A DNA stretch of 64,000 bases, taken from the NCBI RefSeq assembly GCF_001194135.2, contig NC_068992.1, forward strand, positions 24,278,270 to 24,342,269, in the 5' to 3' direction. Of the stretch, positions 48,611-62,689 are shown piece after piece. Below the pieces are notes generated by a model. The model had not been told where the DNA came from, ran no database searches, and saw nothing but the letters and a program-made list of their open reading frames with translations. Every line of letters starts with the position of its first letter. Position 1 is the stretch's first letter. The stretch is from Octopus bimaculoides. Lineage: Eukaryota. The position numbers and the translations under genes were made by a program.

Positions 48611-51404
48611 CTCTCTGTGCAATATGTAACTATGTATGCATGTACACATGCATCAGGAATGGGTGGAACCCATAGGCAAGAAATTTGGCTGGAGATTTGC
48701 AAACAAAACAAAAGACAAGAATCTGTCACTAAGATATTTTCCTTATGGCATGATGAGAGAAATGGCTACAAAATATCATCAGTTCCACAGTGCAATAACA
48801 AATGTTTTTGCTTGATAATGTACAAAGTACCAATGTTGAGAAAGAGAGCATGACATTAATTTTTGGTGATTGATAATGCAAAAGAACATGGAATCACTTT
48901 TGTATTATCTTTGACTCCAGACATCAAGAAGTGATTTTTTATTGCTGTCGGTGTTCAGCTACAAACCAGCTCTTATTGAACGGATCCATGCTAAAGCATT
49001 CTCTCCAGGACCATAACATCTATTTTTTTTCTGGATGATAAATCTATGATTGATGTGGTGAGCTGACAGAATCATAAGCACATAGGAGAAAATGCTAAAG
49101 CAGTATTTCTTTTGAATCTTTGTGTTCTGAGTTCAAATCCTACCAAGAACAACTTTGGCTTTTATCCTTTCAGGGCCAATAAAATAAAGTACCAGTGAAG
49201 TACTATACATGATGTAATTCACTTGTTTTTTTCCCCCTAAACCTGCAATGGACCGGTATCCCATTATAGAAGAATGTTCTGATCTGAGTCATTTATACAT
49301 CATGGAAATCAGATAACCTGGTTTTTGAGTCCAAGAACTCAAGAAAAAGAAAGAAATCTATGGCTATGTTACTCAATATTTCATTCCTTTTTAATTCAAT
49401 AAGGAGTAACTACAGGAGGATTCATCTAATACATATTTTTAGCAGGTCAAATAACTGCATATAAGCTTCCTTTTTGGCTTGCATGTTCTAAATTTCTGTT
49501 ACTTGGAAACCAATACTGGAAAATTAATACTCTTCGAGAATGGTAAATGCCATCAACTTTATACAAAAGAGTCAAATAAGACAGTTTCAAAGACAAATCT
49601 AGGTTTTGATATAACTTCCATTAATCTTTCAATCAACATTAAGTTAATGCATTTCGAAATCACAGCTGAGGTCTGCTGTGAACAACAAGATTATGTGAAC
49701 ATTATTTGAAGAGAAATGTTTTTCAATTAGTCAGAAAATCCTGTGTTCCACTATTACAACAGAATTCCTCAGACTACTAGGACTGTCTTTGAAACATAAG
49801 CGTTGAGGGAGCCTTTACATAATCACTTCATCTGGTAGAAATTGCACCCAAATCTATTTCAAATCACAGCCAGCTGTTTTAGCAAAGATCGTAGGACATA
49901 TTGGATAGAATGGTCAGTAATAAACTAAGTGCAAAAAATCTACATTAATCATGATTCAAATGCTTTTGATAAAGGTTTGCTGACCTGCAGTCTAAACTAC
50001 AACATCTAAACATTTTGTGCAGTCTGTCTTGAAGAAACTTCAACATCTTTCACATACTCTTCTGAACAATAGAATAGTTTTAGAAAATTGCTATTAATAA
50101 CAATGAAAGCATGCATTACAGATAAAATGTTATAAACTTTCATTCTTTGAAATCTTTATACAAAAGTGACATTATGAGATTACTTTTGTTTGATTCATGG
50201 AAGCTGGGGTGGGTGGGTATATAATGGTTATAATTCAACTGAAGAATACGTTACGCTCTTATGTATTGTGGAATAAGGGGTAGGCAGGTTTGTAGTTAGA
50301 CATGGTGCTATTGTCTTAAGAGCATAAAAATAATTTATGAAGATTTTTAAAATCTGAATTTGATAATTTAGTCACTGAAGAATGACAATTTCATCAGCTT
50401 TCATAATAATAAAAATGTGCTTCTTATAGAAGTGTATATATATAACAATGAAGTATCTGATATTTGTCAACGAGGGATATTTTCCTTCTGTACAATTACT
50501 GCATTTTCTGAGATGAGATGCAAAAAAAAAAAACAAACAATGTGTAGACAAGAAGATATGATTGAAACCAAAGTTTAATTTTCAAATACACTTAAAAGTT
50601 CTTTTGTTATAACAAGTGTCAAGTTAGCCTAGTTCATTGTCTGTTTTATCTTCAAATCCCATTCTGTAAAATAGTTCTAAGCATTTCGCTGATTTAATTA
50701 TTTAATTGAAATGGATTGGATATAGAAATGTTAGCAGATTTTCTGAATAGCTTATTATTAAATAGCAGTGATCTAATCACTGCATGGAAATATATTCCAT
50801 ACAAAACAGTTTTCCCTTGCATAAGTAAAAAAAAAAAAAAAATAAGAATAAAAACAGAGCAGAAGCTATAGTACAACTGGTTTTATCAACCAATGAATGT
50901 AGTAACAGGGGCAAGAGTCAAAGTGACCTGACATTTACTGCTGTGGTAAATTTCAACAAAAGAACATGGAAAACCCATCCCACCATCTGGTGAAACCTGA
51001 CTGATGTGAATGAGCTACACCAATGAAATACAATGCATCAAATGTATTCCTTATAAAAATACATAAATAACAAAATCATAAGAATTGTAAACTCAAAACT
51101 GAGATTTCTTGCATGTAAGGTTTGTTCGTTCATAAACATAAAGTAAAAAACAACATTATTACAGAAATTGTACAGAATGTTTCACATGATCCTCAAAGCA
51201 AACATCTCATTGTTTTGATCTGCTAAAGATTTTGAAGGAAAAAAAAAAATAATAATATTGATTTCTAATATAAGCACAAACTCACACATTTTTAGAAAAA
51301 AGGTTTTGCTATTCAAATAACTTGCTGTACTTGCGACTGTTAAGCATTTTATGGATCCTAGAAAGGGACAAGGGACAGTTAATCTTTGCAAGATTTGAAC
51401 TCAT

Positions 51405-51620
51405 GGAACAAAATTTTGGTTTCAAATTTTGGCACAAGGCCAGTAATTTCAGCCGTGGGGAGAGGGGCAAGCTGATCACATCCACCCCAGTGTTCAACTG
51501 TTATTTATTTTATCCAGCCTGAAAGGAAGAAAGGCAAAGTTGACCTTGGCAGAATTTGAACTTAGATTGTTAAGTTGGACGAAACGGTGTTAAGCATTTT
51601 GCCCCATGTGCTAACAATTG
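51405..51620 (-). mobile_element. SINE family B, diverged
   Basis: GAAAGGAAGAAAGGCAAAGTTGACCTTGGCAGAATTTGAAC, the reverse complement of the B core. Confidence 0.75.
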
Positions 51621-51799
51621 CTATCAGTTCAGGGAGGCATTTAGTCTGAGAATCTCTCATTTTAGCCACTCAGAACCTACAATTAGTTACCATCTCTTGA
51701 ACTGAAGTAAAAAAAAAAAAGAAAAAAAAAACAAGAAAAAAAAAGAAGAATGAACATGATTATGAAAATGAGATCTGTCTAGTTTGGATTGTTAATAAC

Positions 51800-52190
51800 C
51801 CTTTTTTTTTTAAATGTGTTCACTCATTACAAGAGCTGCTAGAATAAAAATGGATGCTATACAGAAGTCAATAGGTGACGATGTACATTAGACCTAAAAG
51901 ACTGGAGGTGATATAGAAGAGGAAAACAAGACTGTGGAAGGGAATTCCAAAGTTCAGAGGTGTGAGAGAAGAAACTGGTACTGTAAAGTGCTCTATGACA
52001 CTTAGGAGGTTGCACAGTATATTGATGAGGACTGAATGCAAGTTTAGTTGATTGCTGATAAGTTCTTAAAGGAGGAACCAGAGAAGAGAGCTCAGCAGAA
52101 CAATGTCCATGAGAATACTTAGAGAAAAGAGACAAAGAAGCCACACGATTCCGATGAGAGAGTGAATCCAATTTAGAAGACCTAAAGGCC
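51800..52190 (-). mobile_element. CR1/Jockey-group LINE 3' end
   Basis: LSHRNRVASLSLFSKYSHGHCSAELSSLVPP...FFSHTSELWNSLPQSCFP...LQSFRSNVHRHL, followed by a short 3'UTR and A-tail. Confidence 0.8.
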
Positions 52191-52199
52191 TTCTAGTTT

Positions 52200-52810
52200 T
52201 TTCTTTTATTTCCTTTTGTCTTTAGTCTTCAGCCAAGCTGGGGGTTTATCCAATCAAATTAGTCCCAGTACTCACTCAATCAGTCTCTTTTTGCTAACCT
52301 ACTAAATTATATGGAAGCAAACAAGCGAACACCAGTTATCAAGTAGTGGTGGACAATTGACATGTCCCTTAACCCCTAGAGTATCGTTGAGGCATTGCAG
52401 CCATACAGGATATCCAGGGCAAGAAAGCCTGGCACAGCCTTCCCTCTCTAGGCTAAACTAATTTCTACAGCTGAGTGGACTGGAGCAACATGAAATGAAG
52501 TGCCTTGCTCAAGAACACAACCCATTGCCTGGTCCAGGAATAGAAACCACAATTTTACGATCCTGCGTCCAACACCCTAGCCACTGCGCCATGTTCCTCA
52601 AGCAGTAGTGGAGTCAAATACAAAGACAGGAACACACTCACACACACACACACATACATACGATGGGCTTTCACACAATTTGTACCAAATTCACTCACAA
52701 GGCATTGATTAGCCCTTAGTGATAGAAGACACTTGCCCAAATTAATGTGCAATGAGATTGAACCCAAAACCATGTGATCTACAAAGTGAATCTCTTAACT
52801 ATACAGTCAC
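52200..52810 (-). mobile_element. Family A SINE interrupted by a nested family G SINE (~52355-52592)
   Basis: A tail at 52200-52350 and A middle/head at 52595-52810 flank a complete G copy homologous to 6966-7203. Confidence 0.7.
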
Positions 52811-53639
52811 GTCTGCACATCCATGACCAATGGTTGGTATAGAAAGTATACATGAGTTGTCTCATGTTGACTACATGAACAGCTTAGTAACATAATCAAA
52901 ACAACGCTTCAGATTTCAAGCGTTACCCAAATTTACTCCTGGAATGGCAGAATGTAAAATAAAAAAAGCTAGGTTATTTTACAATATCTTGCCTGCTCCA
53001 TCTCATTTCACCAGGAACAATTACCATGTATGATCCTGGAATTTTTATAAATGGAATATATTACAATATTATATAACACATGTTCAATGCTTCATTGTAC
53101 TGAGCCTGTGCCTTCACAGGAGGCATTTTATTTCATCTCATGGGCCAATATTCTAAACAAAATTCTTAAAAATGTAATAGGTAGCAGAGTCAAATCAATA
53201 CACGATATCCTTATGCCTTAAAAACAATACTAATAAATAGGAAACACAAAAAAAATAAGAAAAAAAAAAAAACAAGATACAGAACTGGCTCTTAGATAAA
53301 AATCAATATTACCAAAAACCTGACAGATTTGGCTAAATCACAAAAAAAAAACCACTGAAAAAAAAAAAACCACTGAAAAAAAAAACAAACAAACAAAGGA
53401 AAAGAAGAAACAGAGCCAAACAATAAGCACAACTGGTTTTCCTGAGATGGAATATGAAAAGAATGATGAATAATGCATGTTATGGTGAAAAATCATTCAT
53501 AAAGTAAAAATGAATTACAGGGAGCTACATTCTGAATAATTTCTCTTCAGATTCTAGAAAGTTCCATAGAGACAAGCTTGTTTGGTATATGCAGCCCATA
53601 TTCATATCTGTCATGACTGATAAAATAACTTCAGATAAC

Positions 53640-53702
53640 ACACAGACACATATATGCAAACATATGTATGTACACACACAAACATGCATACATAAATACA
53701 CG

Positions 53703-53756
<54 letters not shown>

Positions 53757-53766
53757 NNNNNNNNNN

Positions 53767-53820
<54 letters not shown>

Positions 53821-54063
53821 GTAAATACACACACCCCACATATATATATATGTATAAATATATGTGTATATATATATATATATATAAGCATGTATATACA
53901 TATATATGTATATATATGTTTGTGCATATACATATATATATATATATACATATATGTTCGTGCATATACATATATATATATACATATATATATGTTTATA
54001 TATGTTTGTGCATATACATATATATATATATATGTTTGTGCATATACATATATATATACATAT

Positions 54064-54101
<38 letters not shown>

Positions 54102-54170
54102 ACACACATATATAAAAATATATAGATATGAACACACACATATGTATATAAACACACATATATGTGTGGA
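53640..54170. repeat. Long (CA)n/(TA)n/(TATG)n microsatellite block
   Basis: Direct inspection; source of six spurious ORFs. Confidence 0.95.
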
Positions 54171-54999
54171 TTAGATTAGTGTATGGACAAGTGGAGTATG
54201 GTGTGTTAGTTGTGGAATCTCGGATCATCATAAAACGTCGTTTTAACTTACACAATTTTATATTGCTGTACATCAAATACAAAGAAAGCTATAAAAATAT
54301 AGATCCTGAACTAGGGAAGATTGTGAGCGTGTATATGCACGCGTATATACACGGATATGAATACTGGATAGGCAGAGTGCACAGCAATTTTGAAATGGAT
54401 GCTTTAAGCTTCATTCATATAAATATATACTCATGTTATACATAACCGATCAATAAATTACCACACACACACACACACATGCATGTACACATACACAAAC
54501 ATAAAAGCACATATCAGGACATGCCTACAAAGAAACATACACACACACAAAAGAACACATGCAAAATCTTATATGCATACCCTCAAACGCAAGGAAATTC
54601 CTACCCGTGCCCATTTTCTATGTGGCTTACAGAAAACTGATACTTCAAAAAAATTGTGTATTCATAAGAACATATGAAAGTTCCCTTGTAAATGTATGTT
54701 TATGTAGAGTTATATGTTTATTATGTTTATGTGTAATTGTATGCTTAGGAGTTTGTGTAAGTGTGTGGGTGTGTGGTATATATATGTATATATATATATA
54801 TATTTATATTTTATATACACATATAGCTGTAAAGTTGAGAAGTTTGTTTTGCAGCCATATAACTCTGAATTCAATCGCACTTTACAGAATGGCCATAACT
54901 TTCAATCAACAGAAAGCTTGCGTGTGAGAGAGGGAGAGTGTGCTGTGTATATACATATCAATATATATATAGATATATATATTTGTACATCTATCTATA

Positions 55000-55048
<49 letters not shown>

Positions 55049-56169
55049 CACACATGCATATATAAGCATATTTATACGTAGAACAGATAAGAGAAGTGAA
55101 GTGAGAGAACAGATGTTTATTTGATTGGCTTAGAGCTGTTTCCTAATCATGTTCATTATATAATAGATATTACAGCACAATCCACACATATATAAAATAT
55201 GCATGTATACATATATACATATACATATACAGATATATGTGTGTGTGTGTGTATGTGTGTGTACATCCATTCATATAAATACTCTGTAATCTCACTAACA
55301 GAGAATGCTTCATGCGATATACAACCGGTCATCCCTCAGCTTACACAGAATATTGGTTCCACAAGTCCCAATGCACACAGACAGACAGACAGACAGACAC
55401 ACACACACACACTCACACACACTCACAAGATTTCAGTTGATCCAAAGAAGATAAGATTTTAATGATATTAATAAAATAAGAAAAGCCAACTTCATTACAC
55501 TGTGTAAAACAATTTTTGTCCTTGGGTAGAAACTGTTATTTACATATATTCACATACACACACGTATATGTGTGTGTTTGTATGTGCGTACATAGTTGTG
55601 TGTATGGGAAGTTTACTTTGTTGAAGCATAGTTGAGCTAGAGTCAGAGACACTTGCCCAAGGTGCCACGCAATGGGACCGAACTGAAGACCACATTGTTA
55701 GGCAGCAAGCTTACCACCCAGCCACATTTCTAGCTATGTAGGAAACAGATATTTCAAAACTGGATCATATTTTATCCAAGATTATGTTCTTGTTTTGATC
55801 CAAGAGTTATTTAATATAACAACTCAGGAATGGTGGATTATTTCTCATTATTGATCCAAATACTTGTTGGAAAAAAACTGATCAGGATCGGAAGAGGAAC
55901 ATAAAATGTGTTAAACATGAATACAGTAATAACATTACCAGGAAAATATCTTATAAAGCAGCTATTGATAAACCAGATATTTTATGATATAATAAATAAT
56001 ATTAGTAATGATTATAGAAATTGTGTGATATCAGTAATTATAAAACGACAAGTAAATAATAATTATAATATTATTAACCTAAATGAAAGTAGCTGACTTG
56101 TTGGCATGAGCAAAAACTGGTAAAAGAAAGAATCTAGCACTAATTGTGTTGATGACATTAGCGAAAGTG

Positions 56170-56585
56170 GTGATGAGCTGGCAGAAACAGTAGCACGCCA
56201 GGCAAAATGCTTAGCGGTATTTCGTCTGCCACTACGTTCTGAGTTCAAATTCTGCCAATGTTGACTTTGCCTTTCATCCTTTCGGGGTTGATTAAATAAG
56301 TACCAGTTATGCACTGGGGTCGATATAATCGACTTAATCCATTTGTCTGTCCTTGTTTGTCCCCTCTATGTGTAGCCCCTTGTGGGCAATAAAGAAATAA
56401 GAAACGTTAGCACACCAGACAAAATGCTTAGTGACATTGCATTCTGAGTTCAAATTTTGCTGGGGTTGACTTTGCCTTTCATCCTTTTGGGGTTGATAAA
56501 ATAGGAACCAGTTGAGCACTGGGGTCGATGTAATGGACTTAGATCCTCCCTCGAAATTGCTGGCCTTGTGCCAAAATTTGAAGTC
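56170..56585 (+). mobile_element. Dimeric SINE family B (B1-B2), complete
   Basis: Head GATGAGCTGGCAGAAAC, B1 tail, junction AAAGAAATAAGAAACGTTAGCAC, second monomer ending GGCCTTGTGCCAAAATTTGAA. Confidence 0.88.
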
Positions 56586-58112
56586 TTAGAACTGGAGGCA
56601 GCAACGATAATGATGGTTGTAGTGGTGGTAGGGGATGATGATGGTGGTAGTGATGAGGAGGAGGAAGAGGAGTAGTATTTTGGAGATATCAAGTTGAACT
56701 GTTAACTGCCCAGTGACATCAATGACAATGCATTACATTTTACCTATGACGACTAACTCGCATGTGCAGCTTCCTGCTTTTACATACACAGCATATGGAC
56801 AAATGATGGACTCTGTAAAGTGGTTGGCATCAAGAAGGGCATCAAGGCAGAGAAACCATTCCAAAGCAGACACTGTAGTTCAGCACAGTTCTCTGGTATA
56901 TCAGTTCCTGTCAAACCCATGCGACCCGAGTTAGCCTAGGAAAAGGGGTTTTAAATGTTGATGATGAAGATGATGATTAGAAGGGTGAAAATCAAAGTCC
57001 ACTTAACTGGATTTCAAACTGTAGAAGGACAAGGATGCAATTAAACATCACTAACCATTTAGTCCAATACTAAATATATCATACAATAACGAGAGTGACA
57101 TTGGAGAATTTATAGAATAATATTGGAACCGACAATGCAGAATTATGGTATTGTACTGGCAGTAATTCTGACAGAATGTGCTGCAGTGAAGAATTCTAAT
57201 TTATTCCTCTCACCAACAGCTATATAATACAAAATAATTTATAATGTGATAGTGGACATCCTCTTGACATTAGGAGGAACAATGGACAATTACAATGTAC
57301 TTTGCATCACCAACAACGATAAAACAATGATTTATAGTCTGAGAGTGGCCACGTTCCTGAAAGTGAAACTAGCATTCGATAGTTTATAAAACAGTCCTGT
57401 TACCTTATGAACAACACAATATACATTAACAATATGTAATGGTTTCTCTGTAAGAGTATCGGTATCAATTCTATGGCTTAAGAAAACATTCATCATTGAA
57501 TGTGTCATATCAAACTTTGGGCTGTTTAAACATTTAAGAATAAGAAAAGGGAAAATTATATTAATATCTCAATGTCATCAATAAATCAATAATTTACATC
57601 AGTGTTTCAAAATCATGTGTCTGTTCTTTCATACGTTGGAGATGAGTATATGTTGCTTTGTGCCTTTTCAATGTTTTAATGTTTAAATGTCACGAAGACT
57701 TCAGATATACTTTACATAAAAACTACAAAGAAATCTTTACATTTCTTTTGTGTGAGGAAAACACCAATTTCCTTAGTTTGTTTTCCCAAGAGAACAGTTT
57801 AGGGGCAAACGGTTTTAGAATCAGTCAAAGAAAGCTTTCTGGTATTAAGGTGAGACGACTAATAAAAGTAAACTTCAGAAGAGACAAAGAAGACACCACA
57901 ATAATCCTATATAAGTCTTTTCTGTACAAGTACTTTTCAAAAGAATCAAAGAATCACCTTTATTGGATAATGTCAGATAAGCCTTGCTCTATTGCTTTCT
58001 CTTTTATTTTCCGTGTGGAAATAAATCAATAAATTTATGTGAATGTATCATCTGTATGTTCTTCAATGTATGTAAGAATGTGCATGGAAAACGGATGCTA
58101 AATGATGATGAT

Positions 58113-58147
<35 letters not shown>

Positions 58148-58959
58148 TACATACATAAATATCAGTGTAAGTAAATGTATATATCTGCTTATTACTTCTT
58201 TACTATATACGTGTGCGTATGTGTTTGTATGGGTGTATGTGTGCATGTGGGCAAGTGTTTATATGAACTAAACAAAATGAAGGTGTAGAGATAGAAGAAG
58301 AAAAGAAAATCAGATGAAAGCAGTTGAAACCTTCAGAACAATGGGGAAAATGAAAGTGAAAGTAGTAAGAGAAAATTTCAGATAATCTACAACAAAAGCA
58401 AAATATTCAAAACAAACAAATAACATCTAAAAATATCTATCAAAAAACACCAGTACTCCACCTTCACTATCACACACACACACATACATTCCTCCCCAGC
58501 ACACACACTCACCAAACACCTTTAACCCTTAAATAATAACATTTCCTCTTATTTTACCATTTCTTCAGATTGTCTTGTATTTGTCTTCTCTTGACTTTTC
58601 AGCCTCTTTGTACACTGTCTAATTAATTAAGCATTTGAATATGAATTCAAAGGTAATTATGTAATTCCTTAACCTTCTCTATTGTTAAACCGAAGAATAA
58701 AGACTCAATGAATGGATTCAATGCATGAGACCCTATTTACCCCCACCACACCCCTTTTTGTTTTTGATTTTGGATGGTTTGTTTCAAATTATGACAGAAT
58801 TTCTGAATTGAAAAGATTATCTGCTGTTTTTTTATCATTTTTTTTTTGTTTTTGTTCGTTTATTTTGCATGTTTCAATCATTGGACTGCAGGCATGCTGG
58901 ACCACCACCTTGTAAGGTTTAGTAAAACAAGTCAACTCCAGTATCTATTTTATTTTTGG

Positions 58960-59150
58960 GTGGCTCTTGTGCTGGTAGCACGTAAAAAGCACCCACTACA
59001 CTCTCAAAGTGGTTGGTGTTAAGAAGAGCATCCAGCTATAGAAACACTGCCGGATCTGACTGGAGCCTAGTGCACCCCCCTGGTTTGCCAGTCCCCAGTC
59101 AAGCTGTTCAACCCATGCCAGCATGGAAAACGGACGTCAAATGGTGATGA
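58960..59150 (+). mobile_element. Family D 3' part
   Basis: GCACGTAAAAAGCACCCACTACACTCTC...CATGCCAGCATGGAAAACGGACG; another diverged copy at ~56810-56985. Confidence 0.85.
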
Positions 59151-59897
59151 TTGTCAAGTGATATTGGGGAGACAAATACACACACAGAAACACACACACA
59201 CACACACACAGACAAACACACACACATACACACACAAACAAACACACACATATATACACGACGGGCTTCTTTCAGTTTCCGTCTACCAAATCCACTCACA
59301 AGGCATTGGTCAGCCCAAGACTATAGTAGAAGACACTTGCCAAGGTGCCACACTGTTGGACTGGACCTGGGACTATATGGTTGGTAAGCAAGCTACTGAC
59401 CACACAGCCATATATACATATATATACATATACGTACACACACACTCACGTACATGCATACATATATACACACACACACACATGTACATATATACTCTTT
59501 ACTCTTTTACTTGTTTCAGTCATTTGACTGCGGCCATGCTGGAGCACCGCCTCTAGTCAAGCAAATCGATCCCAGGACTTATTCTTTGGAAGCCTAGTAC
59601 TTATTCTATCAGTCTCTTATGCCGAACCACTAAGTTACGGGGACCTAAACACACCAGCAGCGGTTGACAGGCGATGTTGGGGGGACAAACACAGACAAAC
59701 AAACATACACACACACACACACGCACACACATATACGACAGGCTTCTTTCAGTTTCCGTCTACCAAATCCACTCACAAGGCTTTGGTCAGCCCGAGGCTA
59801 TAGTAGAAGACACTTGCCCAAGGTGCCATGCAGTGGGACTGAACCTGGAACCATGTGGTTGGTAAGCAAGCTACTTACCACATAGCCACTCCTGCGC
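59150..59897 (-). mobile_element. Two tandem family A SINEs (59150-59410 partial; 59495-59897 full)
   Basis: Near-consensus copies with (TACTCTTT)n tail. Confidence 0.9.
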
Positions 59898-60668
59898 CTT
59901 TGTCACTCACAAAGTACATGTCAGCTTGAGGCTATAATAAAAGGCAGTAAGATTGAACCCAAAACCACATGGCTGCAAAGCAAACTTCTTAACCACACAA
60001 CCATGAATTTTCAAACACTTTAATCCCCGTTACTTTCAGTACTAAATACAAAACCTATGAAAGAACAAACGATGGATACATTTCTAAAAGTCCTAAAAAT
60101 AAAATCACATACTTATTTTCACAAATCACACACTGGAAAAACAAAACAAAACAACATATATTTACTGTTATTTAATTCTTAATGTGGTAGGTTTTTTTGT
60201 ATTGCTTTTCTTAAAGATCCGGCTTAAGCTTTTTTACTGTGAAAGCACCATTTACAGGGAATAAACAACAGATAGATGCAAGAAGTAATATCTAGAATAA
60301 GGCATCCATGCAGTCATGAAAATACTGTAAAGAATATAAAAAGTTCACCATTTTTCTAAGAAGCTCATAATCACTTTGCATCATTGAATTTATGGTATCG
60401 ATAACTTCTATAGAATCAGTGCTTCTTTAAAAGAAGTAAATTTGGGAAAGGTACTTGAATTAGAAGTTTTGAATGCAAGAACCTTTTAAAAACCTGTTAA
60501 AAACCTTTAGTAATATAAATTATTTACATGCTTTTAAGTTATGAAACAATTTGTCATGATATTAGAATTTTTTTATTGTTAAATAAAATTTCATCAAACT
60601 ATTTCTCCATCATTAATGACTTTATACATACATACATGCATACATACATATATATATATATATATATA

Positions 60669-60914
60669 AAGGTTATGAAGGGTAATGGAGTCAGCCAGAC
60701 CCTAAAGATACAGGTAATACCGAGTAAGTGCTGTATACTGACTAGTTTTTCCCCTGATGTGATTGCAACATGAGTGGGGGAATATAGCATGGGTCGTGTA
60801 TTAGCGTGTGTATATCCGATGAAGGGTTACATTGAATTTTCCCTGAAACAGCTGTAAGACATTCTACATAAAATATAAATTTACTTATGCCATTGGTCTC
60901 TTTATCTCATTCAT
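60669..60914 (+). mobile_element. TA-flanked short element with degenerate hammerhead (60808-60862); putative Penelope pseudo-LTR
   Basis: CCGATGA-AGGG(14 nt)CCCT-GAAA-CAGCTGT-A; helix III palindrome ACAGCTGT; U4>C and weak helix I. Confidence 0.5.
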
Positions 60915-60917
60915 TTA

Positions 60918-60949
<32 letters not shown>

Positions 60950-61115
60950 AATTCAGATTCATGGTGAATGTGGTACTTAAGTTTAGGCACCAGAATTAAG
61001 TATTGTATTATCTATACAATTCCAAAATAAGGTGATTACAATCAAAATAAGCAACAAGGATATCCAAAGTTAATGCACTACTATCGTTTCATGTGACTCC
61101 ATTTATTTAAGCAAT

Positions 61116-61451
61116 GTGAACATTACATCAAATGTAAAATGCAGAGCAATCCTCAGCTGCACAAAGATATAGAAATTTACTGAAATTTCATTTCAGCAAA
61201 AGGACATATTTTTATAACTACATTTAAACTCTCCAAGTGGAAAGAAAGAATACAAGAAATTATTTTGATTTAGCCAGACCATACAGGCTAGTAATTAATT
61301 CAAAGAATTTTTTGTATTCTTCATTTCCACTTGGAGAGCTTAAATGTAGTTACAAAAATATGTCCTTCTGTTGAAATGAAATTTCAGTAAATTTCTATAT
61401 CTTTGTGCAGCTGAGGATTGCTCTGCATTTTACATTTGATGTAATATTCAC
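61116..61451. repeat. Inverted repeat with 146-bp arms (61116-61261 / 61306-61451) and 44-bp spacer; foldback or MITE-like
   Basis: GTGAACATTACATCAAATGTAAAATGCAGAGCAATCCTCAGCTGCAC... reverse-complemented with scattered mismatches; right arm runs into a gap. Confidence 0.9.
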
Positions 61452-62689
61452 NNNNNNNNNNNNNNNNNNNNNNNNNNNNNNNNNNNNNNNNNNNNNNNNN
61501 NNNNNNNNNNNNNNNNNNNNNNNNNNNNNNNNNNNNNNNNNNNNNNNNNNNNNNNNNNNNNNNNNNNNNNNNNNNNNNNNNNNNNNNNNNNNNNNNNNNN
61601 NNNNNNNNNNNNNNNNNNNNNNNNNNNNNNNNNNNNNNNNNNNNNNNNNNNNNNNNNNNNNNNNNNNNNNNNNNNNNNNNNNNNNNNNNNNNNNNNNNNN
61701 NNNNNNNNNNNNNNNNNNNNNNNNNNNNNNNNNNNNNNNNNNNNNNNNNNNNNNNNNNNNNNNNNNNNNNNNNNNNNNNNNNNNNNNNNNNNNNNNNNNN
61801 NNNNNNNNNNNNNNNNNNNNNNNNNNNNNNNNNNNNNNNNNNNNNNNNNNNNNNNNNNNNNNNNNNNNNNNNNNNNNNNNNNNNNNNNNNNNNNNNNNNN
61901 NNNNNNNNNNNNNNNNNNNNNNNNNNNNNNNNNNNNNNNNNNNNNNNNNNNNNNNNNNNNNNNNNNNNNNNNNNNNNNNNNNNNNNNNNNNNNNNNNNNN
62001 NNNNNNNNNNNNNNNNNNNNNNNNNNNNNNNNGTGATAGCTTTAAATGAATGTCGCTGTCATAAAAAAAGCAATGTCGATCATTTCCTAAAAATTCTATA
62101 GAAACATGCCTGGTGACGGGGGGGAGGGGGGGGAAACATTACCTTGCTTGGAAACAGACAAGGGTCAGTGACAAAGATGAACATCTCACCTTTAAACTCC
62201 GAACCATTCAACCATGAGAAAGTGGACATTAAAATGATGATGACGGTGAATCATATGAACATAAAAAAATAACAGAAACCCGAAATAATTTGACATCTTA
62301 AAACAGAAGCAAACAACGGCCACTTCAATCATTGAAATATTTAAATTTGTCACAGCACCATCAAATGTTGCATTAGTCCCTTTATACTGGGGCCTTTTTC
62401 TCCCAAGACATCAATGCTCTAGAAATCCCTTCCTACTCATAAAATCTAACAAGTATTGATCAATAGTTTTTTGAAGCTGACCATTCAAGTGCACGAATCT
62501 GAATAATCTTGAAGGGCTTCTCAGATGAAAACCATTTTAAAAAAAGCAAAGAGAAATATCAATGACAACTAGTCAAGTTTTGAAGGGGATTTAATTGACA
62601 GTTCCTTCCCACCAAATCTGCAGTGTGTATGTGTGTGTATGTGTGTGTGTGTGCGTGAGTGTGTGTGACGATGGTAATAATGAGTGGTT

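Noticed and set aside
54250-54263. 14-nt AG...GTAAGT mini-exon on the minus strand
   Set aside because: Not a multiple of three and no supporting context; expected by chance.
53525-54282. Long YI/CV/HT-repeat ORFs (also poly-V/M/H/T ORFs at 23.6, 47.2 and 62.7 kb)
   Set aside because: Translations of di- and trinucleotide microsatellites, open in several frames on both strands.
57658-58032. 124-aa non-repetitive plus-strand ORF
   Set aside because: No recognisable motif or splice signals; consistent with a chance ORF in AT-rich DNA.
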